Assembly (NCBI GenBank): GCA_026004595.1 | Contig: BPJL01000003.1 | Span: 34,984-98,983 of the forward strand | DNA from: Patescibacteria group bacterium | GTDB taxonomy: Bacteria; Patescibacteriota; WWE3; UBA101185; UBA10185 | Direction: 5' to 3' | Length of the DNA stretch: 64,000 bases | Part shown: positions 9,262 through 18,716 of the stretch, one piece after another | How the letters are laid out: each line of letters starts with the position of its first letter | Position numbering within the stretch: the first letter of the stretch is position 1 | Notes under the pieces: model-generated | The model's input: only the letters and a program-made list of their open reading frames with translations | The model's database searches: none | What the model was told of the DNA's origin: nothing | Translations under genes and position numbers: made by a program

Positions 9262-9695
9262 TTAGTAAAATCAGTATAAACATAGGTAGATTTGTTTTGG
9301 CCGCCAATATTCCAAGATGCTGTGACCTTCGCATGAACCACGTCCGATGCATCCGAAGTAGCTGTTATCCCGACAGTTATGGTTGTTCCCCCAGAATAAA
9401 CTATAGCAGGGGCTGATGTGTTGAAAATTAAATTGCTACTTAAGTGGCAGTTGCCAGTACAGTTAGTTACCCCTAAAAAAGTGTTCCAATCAACTGTATC
9501 CCTATATGCCCTTAACAGCTCCATTTGCTGGTTAGCAGCCTTTGTCGCCTCCATCATAACAGTACTTTGGAGTGAGGTCCTTAAAGAAAACAACGTTAAA
9601 GAGAGTAGGGAAGTTATAACTACAACAGATATACCGAGAGCAGCAATGACCTCGACCAGTCCTATTCCTTTTTGGTTAAAATACAACCTTCTCAT
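9246..9695 (-). CDS. type IV minor pilin (prepilin-type N-terminus)
   Basis: KG|IGLVEVIAALGISVVVI, Glu at +5. Confidence 0.6.
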   Translation of the reverse strand: MRRLYFNQKGIGLVEVIAALGISVVVITSLLSLTLFSLRTSLQSTVMMEATKAANQQMELLRAYRDTVDWNTFLGVTNCTGNCHLSSNLIFNTSAPAIVYSGGTTITVGITATSDASDVVHAKVTASWNIGGQNKSTYVYTDFTNWQGK

Positions 9696-9697
9696 AC

Positions 9698-10228
9698 TTA
9701 GTTGCTGCTATAAATAAGCCCCGGACGATTTACCGTGATAGTTTTTGTTGTACTTGAGGCGTTGTGTCTTAGGCTTATATTAACCGTATTTATAGGCCCT
9801 CCGCCGGTCGTGTAAACGGAACCGTCTTCTAGACTAAATAATAAACAACCGGATGAACCTGTGTTAAAAGTAATGTTCGAAGGTAAGTTCAAAGTTTGGC
9901 TCTCAATTCTATAACTTAGATCATTACAGTTAGCTGCTGTAAGTAGGTACACCGAATATGAAAAAGCGCCGGAAGCGTAAGATACACCCCAGTACCGAGC
10001 GTATCTTCCGGCACTATCTGTCCTATCCGAACCCATCCCAGTCAAAGCCATGTTCTGAATGCTTCTCAGATCGCTCTTAAAATTCTCCTGCGCCTCTTTC
10101 AGACTTTGATTCCTAGTGTAATTGGAAAAAGAGGGGATCATGATACCCGACACCAAGGCTAAAATCCCAACAACAACCATTAACTCTATCAGTGTGAATC
10201 CATATCTGTAGCCGTGGGGCAGTTGCAT
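9698..10228 (-). CDS. type IV pilin / pseudopilin
   Basis: YG|FTLIELMVVVGILALVSG. Confidence 0.7.
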   Translation of the reverse strand: MQLPHGYRYGFTLIELMVVVGILALVSGIMIPSFSNYTRNQSLKEAQENFKSDLRSIQNMALTGMGSDRTDSAGRYARYWGVSYASGAFSYSVYLLTAANCNDLSYRIESQTLNLPSNITFNTGSSGCLLFSLEDGSVYTTGGGPINTVNISLRHNASSTTKTITVNRPGLIYSSN

Positions 10229-10249
10229 ATATAAATATTAACACAAAAA

Positions 10250-10759
10250 TTAAGGGGAAATCAGCAAAAGATTGGTGCCCAATTCATATTTTAAAGGATC
10301 GTTTCCACCGTCATTTTGAGGTTCTTCGGTTAGATACTCCATTCTTGCCGATATTTCATACCCGCTACCGTTTTGTATGTACTCGTAGTAATATGTCAGA
10401 TCATTTATCGGATCTGTAGGGTACTTAGGTAAGTAGTCCGAAAGATCCGCGGGGATCCACCCGGAAGTGGGGGAGTATACGTTAGGAGAACCGGCGGGAG
10501 TTGTTATGCTTGTGTATAAAACATTCTGGGAGCCTGGGTAACTTTGACGATCAATTCGATATTCGTTTATTGCTCTATCCAGATTTGAGATGTCTGACAA
10601 CCGTTTGTTGTCGCGGGCTTTTGCTTTTGAGGCTGAAGGAGATACAAGGGAATACACAACACCTAAAAGGATTAACAGCACTGCGGATACTAGAACAACC
10701 TCAAGTAGGGTAACGCCGCTGGGGGAAAGAGGTTTTTTAGAGTGGGTTTTGAACTGCAT
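10250..10759 (-). CDS. type IV minor pilin (prepilin-type N-terminus)
   Basis: SG|VTLLEVVLVSAVLLILLG, Glu at +5. Confidence 0.6.
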   Translation of the reverse strand: MQFKTHSKKPLSPSGVTLLEVVLVSAVLLILLGVVYSLVSPSASKAKARDNKRLSDISNLDRAINEYRIDRQSYPGSQNVLYTSITTPAGSPNVYSPTSGWIPADLSDYLPKYPTDPINDLTYYYEYIQNGSGYEISARMEYLTEEPQNDGGNDPLKYELGTNLLLISP

Positions 10760-11285
10760 AGCAGTTTGATGAACAGTTACACCCCCACCCTAAGCCCGTT
10801 GGAGGATTTGAACATATATTAGTAAAAGTACTGCATCTAGAATCTGCTGCTGATTCATCAATTTCGGTTTTAGCAAGCAAAATATACCTAGACGCACCAT
10901 CAGATCTATAAGAATAACCATATGGAGAGCTACAATTGCCTGAACTAAACACGGCCGTACCAAAACTCGGGTCGGCAGGTAGTTGAGAGATATAGGAGGA
11001 ATTGAGTGTTGCACCCAAGCCGCTGGATGTACTTGCGCTTATGTAAGCACCTCCCGAGTTAGGGTAACGCCTGAATTCTGTATAATATAGTTCTAGAGCA
11101 GTTTGTATCTGCTTAAGTGCAGCTTTTCTTTGAGCATCCCTTCCTTTTTGTCTAACACCTTGAACATTGATTGCATTAAGAATAAGACCGCTTAACACAC
11201 CTATAACTGCCACTACGATTACGAGTTCTATCAGCGTAAAGCCTTTTTTGTTTTTTTTCAGTGTAATAAGAAACATATACAACAA
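10737..11285 (-). CDS. type IV pilin with a Cys-rich C-terminus
   Basis: KG|FTLIELVIVVAVIGVLSG. C-terminal ...CSNPPTGLGWGCNCSSNC. Confidence 0.7.
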   Translation of the reverse strand: MLYMFLITLKKNKKGFTLIELVIVVAVIGVLSGLILNAINVQGVRQKGRDAQRKAALKQIQTALELYYTEFRRYPNSGGAYISASTSSGLGATLNSSYISQLPADPSFGTAVFSSGNCSSPYGYSYRSDGASRYILLAKTEIDESAADSRCSTFTNICSNPPTGLGWGCNCSSNCYAVQNPL

Positions 11286-11286
11286 A

Positions 11287-11805
11287 TTAGCAACCTACTC
11301 CAGTTTGAACAACCACACACGTACCAATATCATTACCTAAACCACCAGATACACAATTACGGTTGGAAGGACAATCTAAAACAACCCCAGCACACTCCGG
11401 CCTTCCTCCTGTGTATGAAGAATCGTATATATTTATTATTTTAAAATACCTGGTGGTGTCTGACGCTTTCTGAACTGATAAACAAACAAAATTAATCGAT
11501 CCTTCAGTTACCGTATAGTATGTATATGGAGACCCTGGCCAATTGCTCAAGTATTTCGATAACAATGTTGTACTTTGGGGGGCCCCGTTATTGTTCGCCG
11601 GGTAACTTCCTTCACCTGCATTGTAAGCCTCTATCGCGTTATACAATCGTTGAAGGTTGGAGATCCTAACTCCATCCTGGGCTATTTCGTTCTGTCTCCT
11701 TGGGTTAACTATACCAATGAGTATTCCAGACAAAATACCAACAAGCGCAACCACCATAAGCAACTCAATTAAGGTTAATCCATTTTTTCCACGAAACTCT
11801 TTCAT
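11287..11805 (-). CDS. type IV pilin with a Cys-rich C-terminus
   Basis: NG|LTLIELLMVVALVGILSG. C-terminal Cys residues (CAGVVLDCPSNRNC...C). Confidence 0.7.
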   Translation of the reverse strand: MKEFRGKNGLTLIELLMVVALVGILSGILIGIVNPRRQNEIAQDGVRISNLQRLYNAIEAYNAGEGSYPANNNGAPQSTTLLSKYLSNWPGSPYTYYTVTEGSINFVCLSVQKASDTTRYFKIINIYDSSYTGGRPECAGVVLDCPSNRNCVSGGLGNDIGTCVVVQTGVGC

Positions 11806-11865
11806 ACATCCAACCGCGGCCCCGCAATAGGTACAACTGCGGGGCCAAAACTTATTAACGAAAGG

Positions 11866-12450
11866 TTAATACAAAGCGGTACATGTCGTACCAGCCGGGT
11901 TGCACAGATACATCTTTGAGTCAGACGACCTATACATAAACATATCACTGCTACCAAAAGCTTTAGCCATTATCCTGTAGTTGGAAGTGGTAGCTGCCCA
12001 GGCACAGTTAGTAAAGTCAGCGGCATCGCCACCACAATAGTAGTAGTAGCACTGGTTAGCTCCGGACCCATTCCATCCATTAGCTGCACATCCCGCAGTC
12101 CCACCTGTAGGCAGTGGGTTGTTTGCCACTTGAAAAGTACAGCTAGCATCGTTTGCAGTTGTGCAGGGCGCAGGCGTACCAGTTGTGGTAACAGACGACA
12201 AACCCCCAACAAATTCATTCTCATCGGGAATCCTTCCAAAAGCACTTACGTAAGCTGAGGTTGCAAGTGCCACTTTATTTATAGTCGCCCTTGTATTGGC
12301 GTCCCTTGCTTTATTCTGTTGCGCAGTAGGGTTAATAACCGCAATCAAAACACCAGCCAAAATCCCAATAATAACGATAACCAGCAACAACTCAATCAAA
12401 GTAAAACCCGAAGCAGCCCTGAGCCTAGAGTCCTTCAATAAACGTCTCAT
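11866..12450 (-). CDS. type IV pilin (first gene of the pilin array; candidate major pilin)
   Basis: SG|FTLIELLLVIVIIGILAG. Strong SD (AGGAGGGGGG). Cys-rich D-region (CYYYYCGG...C). Confidence 0.7.
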   Translation of the reverse strand: MRRLLKDSRLRAASGFTLIELLLVIVIIGILAGVLIAVINPTAQQNKARDANTRATINKVALATSAYVSAFGRIPDENEFVGGLSSVTTTGTPAPCTTANDASCTFQVANNPLPTGGTAGCAANGWNGSGANQCYYYYCGGDAADFTNCAWAATTSNYRIMAKAFGSSDMFMYRSSDSKMYLCNPAGTTCTALY

Positions 12451-12536
12451 CTGCTTCTCACCCCCCTCCTAACTGCCAAAATATTTTTAAAAAGTGATCT
12501 AGTTTTGAAATTGGGCAGCATAGTATTTACTAATAA

Positions 12537-12566
12537 ATAGTAGCCTTTTTACTCCCGCCTTGTCAA
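12537..12566 (-). promoter_or_regulatory. candidate promoter of the pilin array (TTGACA, 18 nt, TACTAT on the minus strand)
   Basis: Read on the minus strand. The -35 at 12561-12566 matches the consensus. The -10 at 12537-12542 is weak. Confidence 0.3.
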
Positions 12567-13061
12567 TGAATTAAATAACAAGCCGTATATTCTTTCTCGG
12601 CGTCAAATTATTAGGATATTTTTTCATTTGTGAACACTGCGTGACCAAAGAAAGAGGGAGTTATATTGTGTGGTCTTTGCACAACGGCTTTTGTTACCTT
12701 TACTTCTCCGTCCTGCGCAAGCTCACCTCGGTAATATAATCTGTAACCTAAAAAGGTAGAGCATTAGAATCCATATGCAATTAGATGATACAACACTACC
12801 TCCCAAAGCCATTAAAATCTGCCTGGTAAGGCATTATTCTCCATTTTTATATATTCAATAACCACATCCGGTTTATTCCAACAAATCCTAAAGGTATTCA
12901 TAACAATAACAACACACCCACTCCAAGAAACTAGGATATAACTCTCCCATATGCAACTTTTGTTTTCTAAAGAGGTAGCTTATTTTATAAAAAAACGCGG
13001 GATAAAAGAGCGAAACTTATACAAAACCACAGATGAATAAACTTAACAAAGCAACAACAAA

Positions 13062-13445
13062 TTAAGCGCTCGCGAACCTTCCCACTTCCTCAACAACCTT
13101 ATCGGGATTTACCTCAGACTTGATGAGGTACCCATCGGCACCCAGCTTAAAAGCCTCCTGGATTATGTGCTCGCTGTTCAGGTTGGTAAGAACAATCACG
13201 GGACCCTTTTTCATCTCCGGCATTTCCTTTAGATCTTTGAGAATCTTAAGGCCGTCCTTTCCCGGAAGCATTATGTCCAAAAGTAGCAGTTGCCAATCAG
13301 TGTTCCTCAGCTTGTCTTCGCCAACCTCTCCGTTAGGAGCCTGGTCTACAACATAACCAGCGTTCTGAAGAACTTCGGCATAGATAGTTCTAATATCCTG
13401 CTCGTCCTCAATTATAAGTACTTTGTTTTTATTTTTATCTAACAT
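13062..13445 (-). CDS. single-domain response regulator (CheY-like receiver)
   Basis: LIIEDE...LLLLDIMLPGKDG...LT... receiver motifs. No output domain. Confidence 0.8.
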   Translation of the reverse strand: MLDKNKNKVLIIEDEQDIRTIYAEVLQNAGYVVDQAPNGEVGEDKLRNTDWQLLLLDIMLPGKDGLKILKDLKEMPEMKKGPVIVLTNLNSEHIIQEAFKLGADGYLIKSEVNPDKVVEEVGRFASA

Positions 13446-13454
13446 ATCTTATTT

Positions 13455-13473
13455 ATAGCACACCCCGCTATAG
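13455..13473. promoter_or_regulatory. inverted repeat TATAGC-N7-GCTATA in the divergent RR/HK intergenic region
   Basis: Centred in the 61-nt gap between the response-regulator (-) and histidine-kinase (+) starts. Confidence 0.3.
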
Positions 13474-13506
13474 TCAACAATAAAAATATTTTGTTTAATA
13501 TACATA

Positions 13507-14901
13507 ATGCCTGACAGAATAGTAGAAATCAAGGAAAGTGAAATACTCAAGCTAATAGATAAAAACCGCGCTCTTGACGCTACTTATAAATTGGTTGAGA
13601 CAATACTTGAAACCACCGAATTTGAAGAACTCACCCAAAAAATTGCGGACATAATCCCAAATGCCCTGGGATATGAATTAGGAATGCTTGCACTAATAGA
13701 TCAGAAGAGCAACGTCCTAAAAAAGATTTCGCTGTCGCGGGGTATGGGAGATATTGAGAAACAAACGCAGATAGAAGAGTTTTTTGGAGATTTAACAATT
13801 CCCTTCGGGTATCAGGATAACGTCTGCATTCAAGCAATAGAAACCAAGAAACAAATAGTGAGTCCCTACCTTTGGGACGTTTTCAAGCCAACGCTAACAA
13901 AGCAGCAGGCAGAAGGAATACAGGAGATAACAAACACCCGCGCTCACATTGTAACTCCCTTGTTTTCACATAACAGGGTTATAGGGGTGTTGATTGTGAG
14001 CTTAGCAAAAGACGCTGACAAAGTTACAGATTTTGAAAAAGAAATGCTCAAAAAATTTTCGGAGAGCGCGGGAATCGCTGTAGAAAACTCAAAATTGTAC
14101 ACAAACCTTAGGAGAACAAAGGAGGATCTCCATAAAGCCTACGAAAACATGAAGGTTCTCAATACCTTAAAGGACGAGTTTCTTTCAGTTGCCTCCCACG
14201 AACTGCGAACCCCCATGACCATTGTAAAAAGCTACTTATGGATGCTTGAGAAAGAGAAAGCGGGAAAATTGAACCCAAAACAGCTCGAGTACCTCAACAA
14301 GGCTTTGACAGGAACCCAAAGGATGATATCCCTAATAAACGATATGCTAGATATCTCAAAATTTGAAAGAAAGAAGGTGTCATTTTCAATTACACAAATT
14401 GATCTTGTTTCTCACATAAGGGATGTTTTATCCAACTTCGACGTTAGAGCGGGGGAGAAGGGAATACAACTCATCTTCAATCCTCCACAGGAAGAGATAT
14501 TTGTTGATGCAGACCCGGAAAAGCTTAGAGATGTTTTCATCAACCTCATTGAAAACGCAGTCAAATTTACCCATCAGGGAAGCATTACGGTGTCAATTGA
14601 AGAATACGAATACTTTTTCAAGGTGTTAATTAAAGACACCGGCGCTGGTATAGATAAAAAGGATCTTCCAAAACTCTTCCACAAATTCGGAAGGATAGAC
14701 AACAGCTACACAATAGCTACTGACTCGGGCGGAACTGGACTTGGCCTATACATAGTAAAACTTTACGTTCATGGAATGGGCGGTATGGTAGGAGCCGATT
14801 CGGAGGGCTTGGGTATGGGAAGTACTTTTTGGATTACCCTGCCGAAAAATAAAATCAAAAAGTTCGGGGTTAGTTTAAAACAGGTTGAGATACCAGTTTA
14901 A
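13507..14901 (+). CDS. cytoplasmic sensor histidine kinase (GAF-HisKA-HATPase_c)
   Basis: H-box SHELRTPMT and G-box GTGLGLYIVK. GAF-like N-terminal region. No TM segments. Confidence 0.8.
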   Translation: MPDRIVEIKESEILKLIDKNRALDATYKLVETILETTEFEELTQKIADIIPNALGYELGMLALIDQKSNVLKKISLSRGMGDIEKQTQIEEFFGDLTIPFGYQDNVCIQAIETKKQIVSPYLWDVFKPTLTKQQAEGIQEITNTRAHIVTPLFSHNRVIGVLIVSLAKDADKVTDFEKEMLKKFSESAGIAVENSKLYTNLRRTKEDLHKAYENMKVLNTLKDEFLSVASHELRTPMTIVKSYLWMLEKEKAGKLNPKQLEYLNKALTGTQRMISLINDMLDISKFERKKVSFSITQIDLVSHIRDVLSNFDVRAGEKGIQLIFNPPQEEIFVDADPEKLRDVFINLIENAVKFTHQGSITVSIEEYEYFFKVLIKDTGAGIDKKDLPKLFHKFGRIDNSYTIATDSGGTGLGLYIVKLYVHGMGGMVGADSEGLGMGSTFWITLPKNKIKKFGVSLKQVEIPV

Positions 14902-15798
14902 GATCTGGGACCCCCACACAAAACACAACAGACTCCCCAGTATTAAAAATGGTCCAAAAGGAACAACACTTTTCAATGTTTTCTTTTTTCCGATAACAAG
15001 TCCTATGCTCACAACAGCGCCAATAAAAAACCCTAAAAATATCGCAAGAAAATTATAGGGAAACCCGTTTACCAAGCCAACCAATAGAGCCAGCCTTATG
15101 TCTCCTCCGCCCATTCCCTTGCCTTTTGTAATCCAAACGATAAAGAAAAAAAACAATGCTATGGCTAGTGCCGAAATAAAATTAATTCCTAAAGTCCGAA
15201 TAGCCGCCATTACTTGATCTTCAAAAAATCCTACTTTAAGAAGATATTTTCCAAAGTCGTCGTTTTCCAATTTAATTTTGAAGTCATATAAACTAATAGC
15301 GGTTGATATAATATTAAACAGAACAACAAAAACAATAGCAGGCAAAACGATTTTGTCTGGTATTAAGAGATATTTCAGGTCAGTAAGCAAAAGTATTTCA
15401 AAAAAAGAAAAAACAACCACCAAAAACACAAACCCTGCAAAGTTGCTAAATGAAAAATCAACAAACAGTTTAAATTTAGAGATTTGCGAAGCCAAAACCA
15501 CCAACAGTCCCGCAAGAATCTCCGAAAAAGGGTAGTACCAAGAAAGTGGTTTTTTACATTCTGAGCACTTTCCACACTGTATTATAAAAGACAAAAGGGG
15601 CACTAAATTTTTCACCTTTAGAATATTTTTACAATAATCGCATTTGGAGTGCCCAAAAACTATTTTGCCTCCCTTTACGACTCGGTCAGAAACCAAGTTT
15701 AAAAAGGAACCAAGGAATAATCCTAAAACAAATAAGGATATATAGCCAACGTAATTCCAAATCATTAAAGAATTCTCGCACTTTTTTTCGCACAACAC
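14875..15798 (-). CDS. pilD: prepilin peptidase PilD (A24 family)
   Basis: N-terminal CDYC...CGKCSEC zinc motif. Polytopic membrane domain with a GGGDIRL catalytic region. Confidence 0.8.
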   Translation of the reverse strand: MLCEKKCENSLMIWNYVGYISLFVLGLFLGSFLNLVSDRVVKGGKIVFGHSKCDYCKNILKVKNLVPLLSFIIQCGKCSECKKPLSWYYPFSEILAGLLVVLASQISKFKLFVDFSFSNFAGFVFLVVVFSFFEILLLTDLKYLLIPDKIVLPAIVFVVLFNIISTAISLYDFKIKLENDDFGKYLLKVGFFEDQVMAAIRTLGINFISALAIALFFFFIVWITKGKGMGGGDIRLALLVGLVNGFPYNFLAIFLGFFIGAVVSIGLVIGKKKTLKSVVPFGPFLILGSLLCFVWGSQILNWYLNLF

Positions 15799-15849
15799 AA
15801 CAAAAAAGGCTCCACAGAGGAGCCTTCTTTGTTAATTGCCGGCAACCAA

Positions 15850-16347
15850 CTAAGGAAGAATCGTCAAACTTGTTCCCATCTCGTAAGCGCCGTTATTGTT
15901 ACCTCCATCTGTCGACATCTTGGCTTGGTTGTCCACATGCTCAAGAACAACATTCACTTCAAAATCTGTCAATGTAGAACCATATCTGTAGATGTTCGGA
16001 GAAGTGTTAAGGGGGTCAATCGGCAACGTAGGAATGAACTTTGAAAGTCCTGTTTTCCCTGTAGGTATAGTGTATTTCACAAAACCATTACCATCTAAGT
16101 CTCTGTCGCCGGTATCGCTGGTACAATCGGTACAGTTGCCCGTAGCAACAAGAGTTATTTCACCGTCTGCAAGGGCGAGATTGATTGCCTTAACCAATGA
16201 GTCAATATCGGACAGCCTCTTTGAGTCTCTTGACTTCTGGATCATCGACTGAGGATTAATTGCAATCAACAGAGCGCCTGCAAGGATAGCAACAATGGCA
16301 ATAACCACCAAAAGTTCAACTAGAGTAAAACCTTTTTGTTTGTTCAT
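15850..16347 (-). CDS. type IV pilin (short, 165 aa; candidate major pilin PilA)
   Basis: KG|FTLVELLVVIAIVAILAG. Sits between pilC and pilD, the position of the major pilin in many T4aP operons. Confidence 0.75.
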   Translation of the reverse strand: MNKQKGFTLVELLVVIAIVAILAGALLIAINPQSMIQKSRDSKRLSDIDSLVKAINLALADGEITLVATGNCTDCTSDTGDRDLDGNGFVKYTIPTGKTGLSKFIPTLPIDPLNTSPNIYRYGSTLTDFEVNVVLEHVDNQAKMSTDGGNNNGAYEMGTSLTILP

Positions 16348-16396
16348 ATTGTTAGTTAAAACTTTTCACCTCCTTACTTTTTCAAGTTTCAATTTC

Positions 16397-17599
16397 TTAT
16401 ATAGATGATGTGATCTTATATATAGGTGTGATGATGGAAATTATCAAAAATCCAACCATAACACCCAACATAATAAGTATAATGGGCTCGAGGGCCGCAG
16501 ACAATCCCCTGACCCTATTGTCAACCTCTCCTTCATAATAGGTGGCAACCCTATCCAAAACCTCATCCATCCTTCCTGTCTCTTCACCAACAGTAGCCAT
16601 TTGGGCTAAAAGGGGAGGGAATTGTTCGGAAGCTTTGAAAAAACTCGAGAGAGAAGTACCTTTTTCCACTTGCTTTGCAGCATTCAAAACAGCAGCTCTA
16701 AATGTGGGGCTTGACATAACAGTAGAAACAATGTTTAGAGCCTCAACAATAGGCACAGCAGAATTAATCAGCAGAGCTAGCGTCTTGCTAAATTGCGCAA
16801 AGTCCCTATCTTTGTTAATTCTTCCGAAGACAGGAAGTCTCATTACTATTTCGGCAATGTAATATCGTCCCTTTTCACTCTTAGCGTAGTACCTAAGGGC
16901 CAAAACACCACCAATTATACCTACAAGTAATAAAACAATATTTTTGGCCATAAAATTGGAAGTTGAGATCATTATTTGAGTTATTTTCGGAAGCTCCACG
17001 TCCATATTTGTGTACATTTCAGAAAGCTTGGGAACAACAAAAACCATCAACACAATAAATACGCCAATCATGGCGATCATAACTACCGCAGGATATATCA
17101 TTGCCCCCTTGAATCTGGAATTTAGTTCTCGTTGCGCCTCCATATTATCAGCCAATCTCTTTAGTATTACATCCATCTTTCCAGATGATTCGCCGGCCCT
17201 TACCAAAGCTTGATATGTAACAGAAAATACATCAGGATACTTACCTAACGCTACAGACAAAGAAGCTCCGCCTTCAACATTTCTAAGTATATCGTAAATT
17301 ACTTTCTTGAAATTTGGGCTGGTGGTTTGAGCGGCAAGAACTTCCAAAGCTCTTGAAATTGGGAGGCCTGCCGATATCATCGTTGAAAACTGACGGGTAA
17401 ATGTCACAACATCCGTTTGCGAAATTCGGCGAAAGTTCAAAAACGTATCAAAAATCGTCTCACGCTTTTCCTGTATAGAAATAACATACAAGCCCTGACT
17501 TTTAAGGAGAGATACTGCAAGATCTTTGGTTCTGGCGTCAACGGTTCCACTTATCGTCTTGCCGGCCATGTTTTTCGCTGTGTATGTAAAAAGAGCCAT
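16397..17599 (-). CDS. pilC: type IV pilus platform protein PilC (GspF family)
   Basis: Two GspF repeats with three TM segments, 400 aa. Confidence 0.85.
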   Translation of the reverse strand: MALFTYTAKNMAGKTISGTVDARTKDLAVSLLKSQGLYVISIQEKRETIFDTFLNFRRISQTDVVTFTRQFSTMISAGLPISRALEVLAAQTTSPNFKKVIYDILRNVEGGASLSVALGKYPDVFSVTYQALVRAGESSGKMDVILKRLADNMEAQRELNSRFKGAMIYPAVVMIAMIGVFIVLMVFVVPKLSEMYTNMDVELPKITQIMISTSNFMAKNIVLLLVGIIGGVLALRYYAKSEKGRYYIAEIVMRLPVFGRINKDRDFAQFSKTLALLINSAVPIVEALNIVSTVMSSPTFRAAVLNAAKQVEKGTSLSSFFKASEQFPPLLAQMATVGEETGRMDEVLDRVATYYEGEVDNRVRGLSAALEPIILIMLGVMVGFLIISIITPIYKITSSI

Positions 17600-17601
17600 A
17601 T

Positions 17602-18676
17602 CTACCTAAGCATTTTAGAATCAATTAACCGCCTAAACTCTTCAGGACGCATTGTATATTTAATAGCCTCTTGAAATTCCACTAAACCATTGTTCACCAA
17701 GTACGCTATAGATCTATCAAGGCTCACCATGCCGACCTGTGAGCTGGTGTTGATAACGTTGTCTATCATGTGCACCTTGCCTTCGCGGATCAGATTTCTG
17801 ACAGCGTCATTCGCCAACATTACTTCAACCGCCGGAACTACTCCTTTGGAAGGAGAGGGTATTAGCCTCTGAGAAATAACCACTTCAATTACTTGGGCTA
17901 GTTGACTTCTAACTTGATTTTGTTTTTCAAAAGCAAATGATGAAATTATTCTTTCAACAGTTTTGGGATGCGGAATTTGTGTGCAGTGTGGCAAAAACTA
18001 AATGACCGGTTTCTGCTATTTCCAAAACAGAAGACATAGTTTCAGCGTCTCTCATTTCCCCTATCAAGATGACATTGGGATCCTGCCTAAGCATTGATTT
18101 AAGAGACACCGCCCAATCATGAGTGTCTAAAAACATTTCCCTTTGCTCAACTAAAGATTTCTTATTGGCAAAAACATACTCAATCGGGTCTTCTACGGTA
18201 ATGATATGCTCAGCCCTGGTCTCATTTATTTTGTCTATCATAGAGGCGATAGTCGTAGATTTACCATGACCGGTCGGCCCCACAACAAGTATCAAACCAG
18301 CCTTTATTTGGCAGATATTTGCCAAATAGGGAGGAAGGTTCAGCTGCTCAAAAGAAGGTATGCTCATAGGAATGTGTCGTAGAGCTGCTGAAGGATATCC
18401 TTTTTGGAAAAACGCATTTACCCTAAACCTAGCCTTTGTCCCCAACGCCACTGAGAAATCCAGCTCTTTATTCACTTCCAAAACTTCTCTTTGTTGGGTA
18501 TCAAGAATTTGAGAGAGAAAGTATTCAACATCGTCAACCATCAAAATATCGTAATCGTCAAGTACAGACAAAACCGTCCTCACCCTCACATACGGCTTGC
18601 TTCCAACCGAGATATGTAAATCAGAAGCGTCCATTTGGACCACACGTTCTAACAATTGTGTTGCATTTATTTTCAT
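17602..18676 (-). CDS. pilT: type IV pilus retraction ATPase PilT, split by one frameshift (extra base in the T4 run at 17961-17964 as read on the + strand)
   Basis: ORF 17954..18676 has Walker A GPTGHGKST and ends ...ATLHTNSASQ. ORF 17602..17994 continues ...TVERIISSF... in a different frame. Removing one A from CAAAAC restores the PilT sequence TLHTNSASQTVERII. Confidence 0.8.
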
Positions 18677-18716
18677 GTTAACTCCTCAATACCTCTCCTT
18701 TATAATCTAAACAACA

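Noticed and set aside
17954-17956. Alternative genetic code (UGA sense) as the cause of ORF fragmentation
   Set aside because: Fragments are joined by frame changes, not by in-frame TGA. Long intact genes terminate normally, and the gene set (prfA and others) fits the standard code.
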